DNA from: Chiloscyllium plagiosum
Taxonomy: Eukaryota
Direction: 5' to 3'
NCBI RefSeq assembly: GCF_004010195.1
Contig: NC_057751.1
Coordinates: 5,729,299 to 5,793,298 of the forward strand
DNA: 64,000 nt
The notes beneath the pieces are model-generated. The model saw only the letters and a program-made list of their open reading frames with translations. It searched no databases and had not been told where the DNA came from. Below are positions 62,831 through 64,000 of the stretch, piece by piece; position 1 is the stretch's first letter, and each line of letters starts with the position of its first letter. The translations under genes and the position numbers were made by a program.

Positions 62831-64000
62831 GATGTCTAAGAAAACCCATATGTTTGATGTAGTTGAGAATCTTTGATCATCGCTTGCCATGACTGAAGCA
62901 TTTCCAGAGCTGCTTGCTTATTTACAGTGCTACAGGCCTTGAATCATTTACTGTTGCTCCACTATTAAAAAAGACAACAGATTAATATTCACACACCCCC
63001 ATGACACTTTATTCATAATACAACTGATCAGATTTCATATAACATCATTGTTTTAAGATCTATTTATGCAAAGCTCCATCACAGGCATGTGAAACAGATC
63101 AATTAACTCATTCACCAAACCAATGACTTTCCAAAGATGAGTTGTTGAGTTGCAGGAACAAGATAAAAACTGAAATACTTGCAATTTGATCAGAAATGGC
63201 CAAAGAAGGGCGTCTCATCTTCAAGGAATGTTCAGAAACCTCCAAAGTATTTAGAATCACCAAACCACAATCTACATGTCTAGCAATGGAAAACTACAAA
63301 CAGAGTTTGGTTCTGCATTTTGTGAAAATCTTCTCCCAGTAATTGAATGAATTATTTTATTGAAGACACTTCTGCTTGTAATTGGAGTGAATATCATTGT
63401 ACTGGTGTCTTCAGTGCACATGTACATTGAGAACAGGAGTGGAGGAAATCTCTGATTAGAGTATCTAAAAGCTCTACATATTAAAGGATCTTCTTCCAAT
63501 ACATTAATTACATTGAGGAGCTGCTAGCTCCAGGCATCAAAACAAGGTGCCCCCCCCCCACCCCCCACTTTTTATTTCTGTGTGAAGTGCTACATGAGAT
63601 GTAATGTAAAGTCTTTTCTGTCAATAGAAATAATGATAGCAACATGTCCCACTCCAGCCCTGTATTGTTTGAATCCAATCATCACTCAAGCTCACTGTCC
63701 AGCACTGGCCATTGGAGGAGATTTTCCTCACCCAGGTTCAGGTAAAAGCCCTATTTCTCCTTCCAACTAATTAGATTAACTGATACATGAAAAGTACAAA
63801 AATTGCATTTGGATCACTGAATGGCTTTTATGGATGAGTGCCTGAACCAATGAAGATATTTGATCACAGATCATTGCAGTGCAAAGATCTAGTTCTCAAC
63901 ATAGTGACTTTATATTTGAAATTTTTCAAACTTCACTCACCTGTCTAATTCTCATCCTCATTTTCTAAATTTTGCCCATCTCATAAAAATATGTGGTATT

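Overview
Vertebrate genomic DNA, most likely from an elasmobranch (shark or ray), judging by the HE1-type V-SINEs, Deu-domain SINE and CR1/Penelope repeat content. There are two assembly gaps (14937-15533 and 46842-47820). The first ~13 kb is CpG-rich and repeat-poor and holds the 5' part of a Pitx-family homeobox gene on the minus strand. Its homeobox exon is 843-635; the last exon lies outside the window. Two alternative upstream coding exons both end in phase-1 GT donors that fit the homeobox exon acceptor: a distal MEF... exon (8794-8656, Pitx3/Pitx2b-like) and a proximal exon (3116-2945, Pitx1/Pitx2c-like position, with an in-frame TGA at codon 9). The N-termini do not match Pitx1, 2 or 3 as I recall them, so this may be a divergent fourth paralogue; that is inference. 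The other ~51 kb is a mosaic of decayed mobile elements: nested CR1 LINEs, two full-length L1s with clear target-site duplications (TSDs), a Penelope-like element (RT + GIY-YIG), Rex1/Babar, solo LTRs and SINEs. The most striking non-coding signal is a set of at least 8 short, often self-complementary, Penelope-derived inserts carrying minimal hammerhead-ribozyme motifs (CTGANGA-stem-GAAA-NN-TH) in various states of decay. All calls were made by eye, without database searches.
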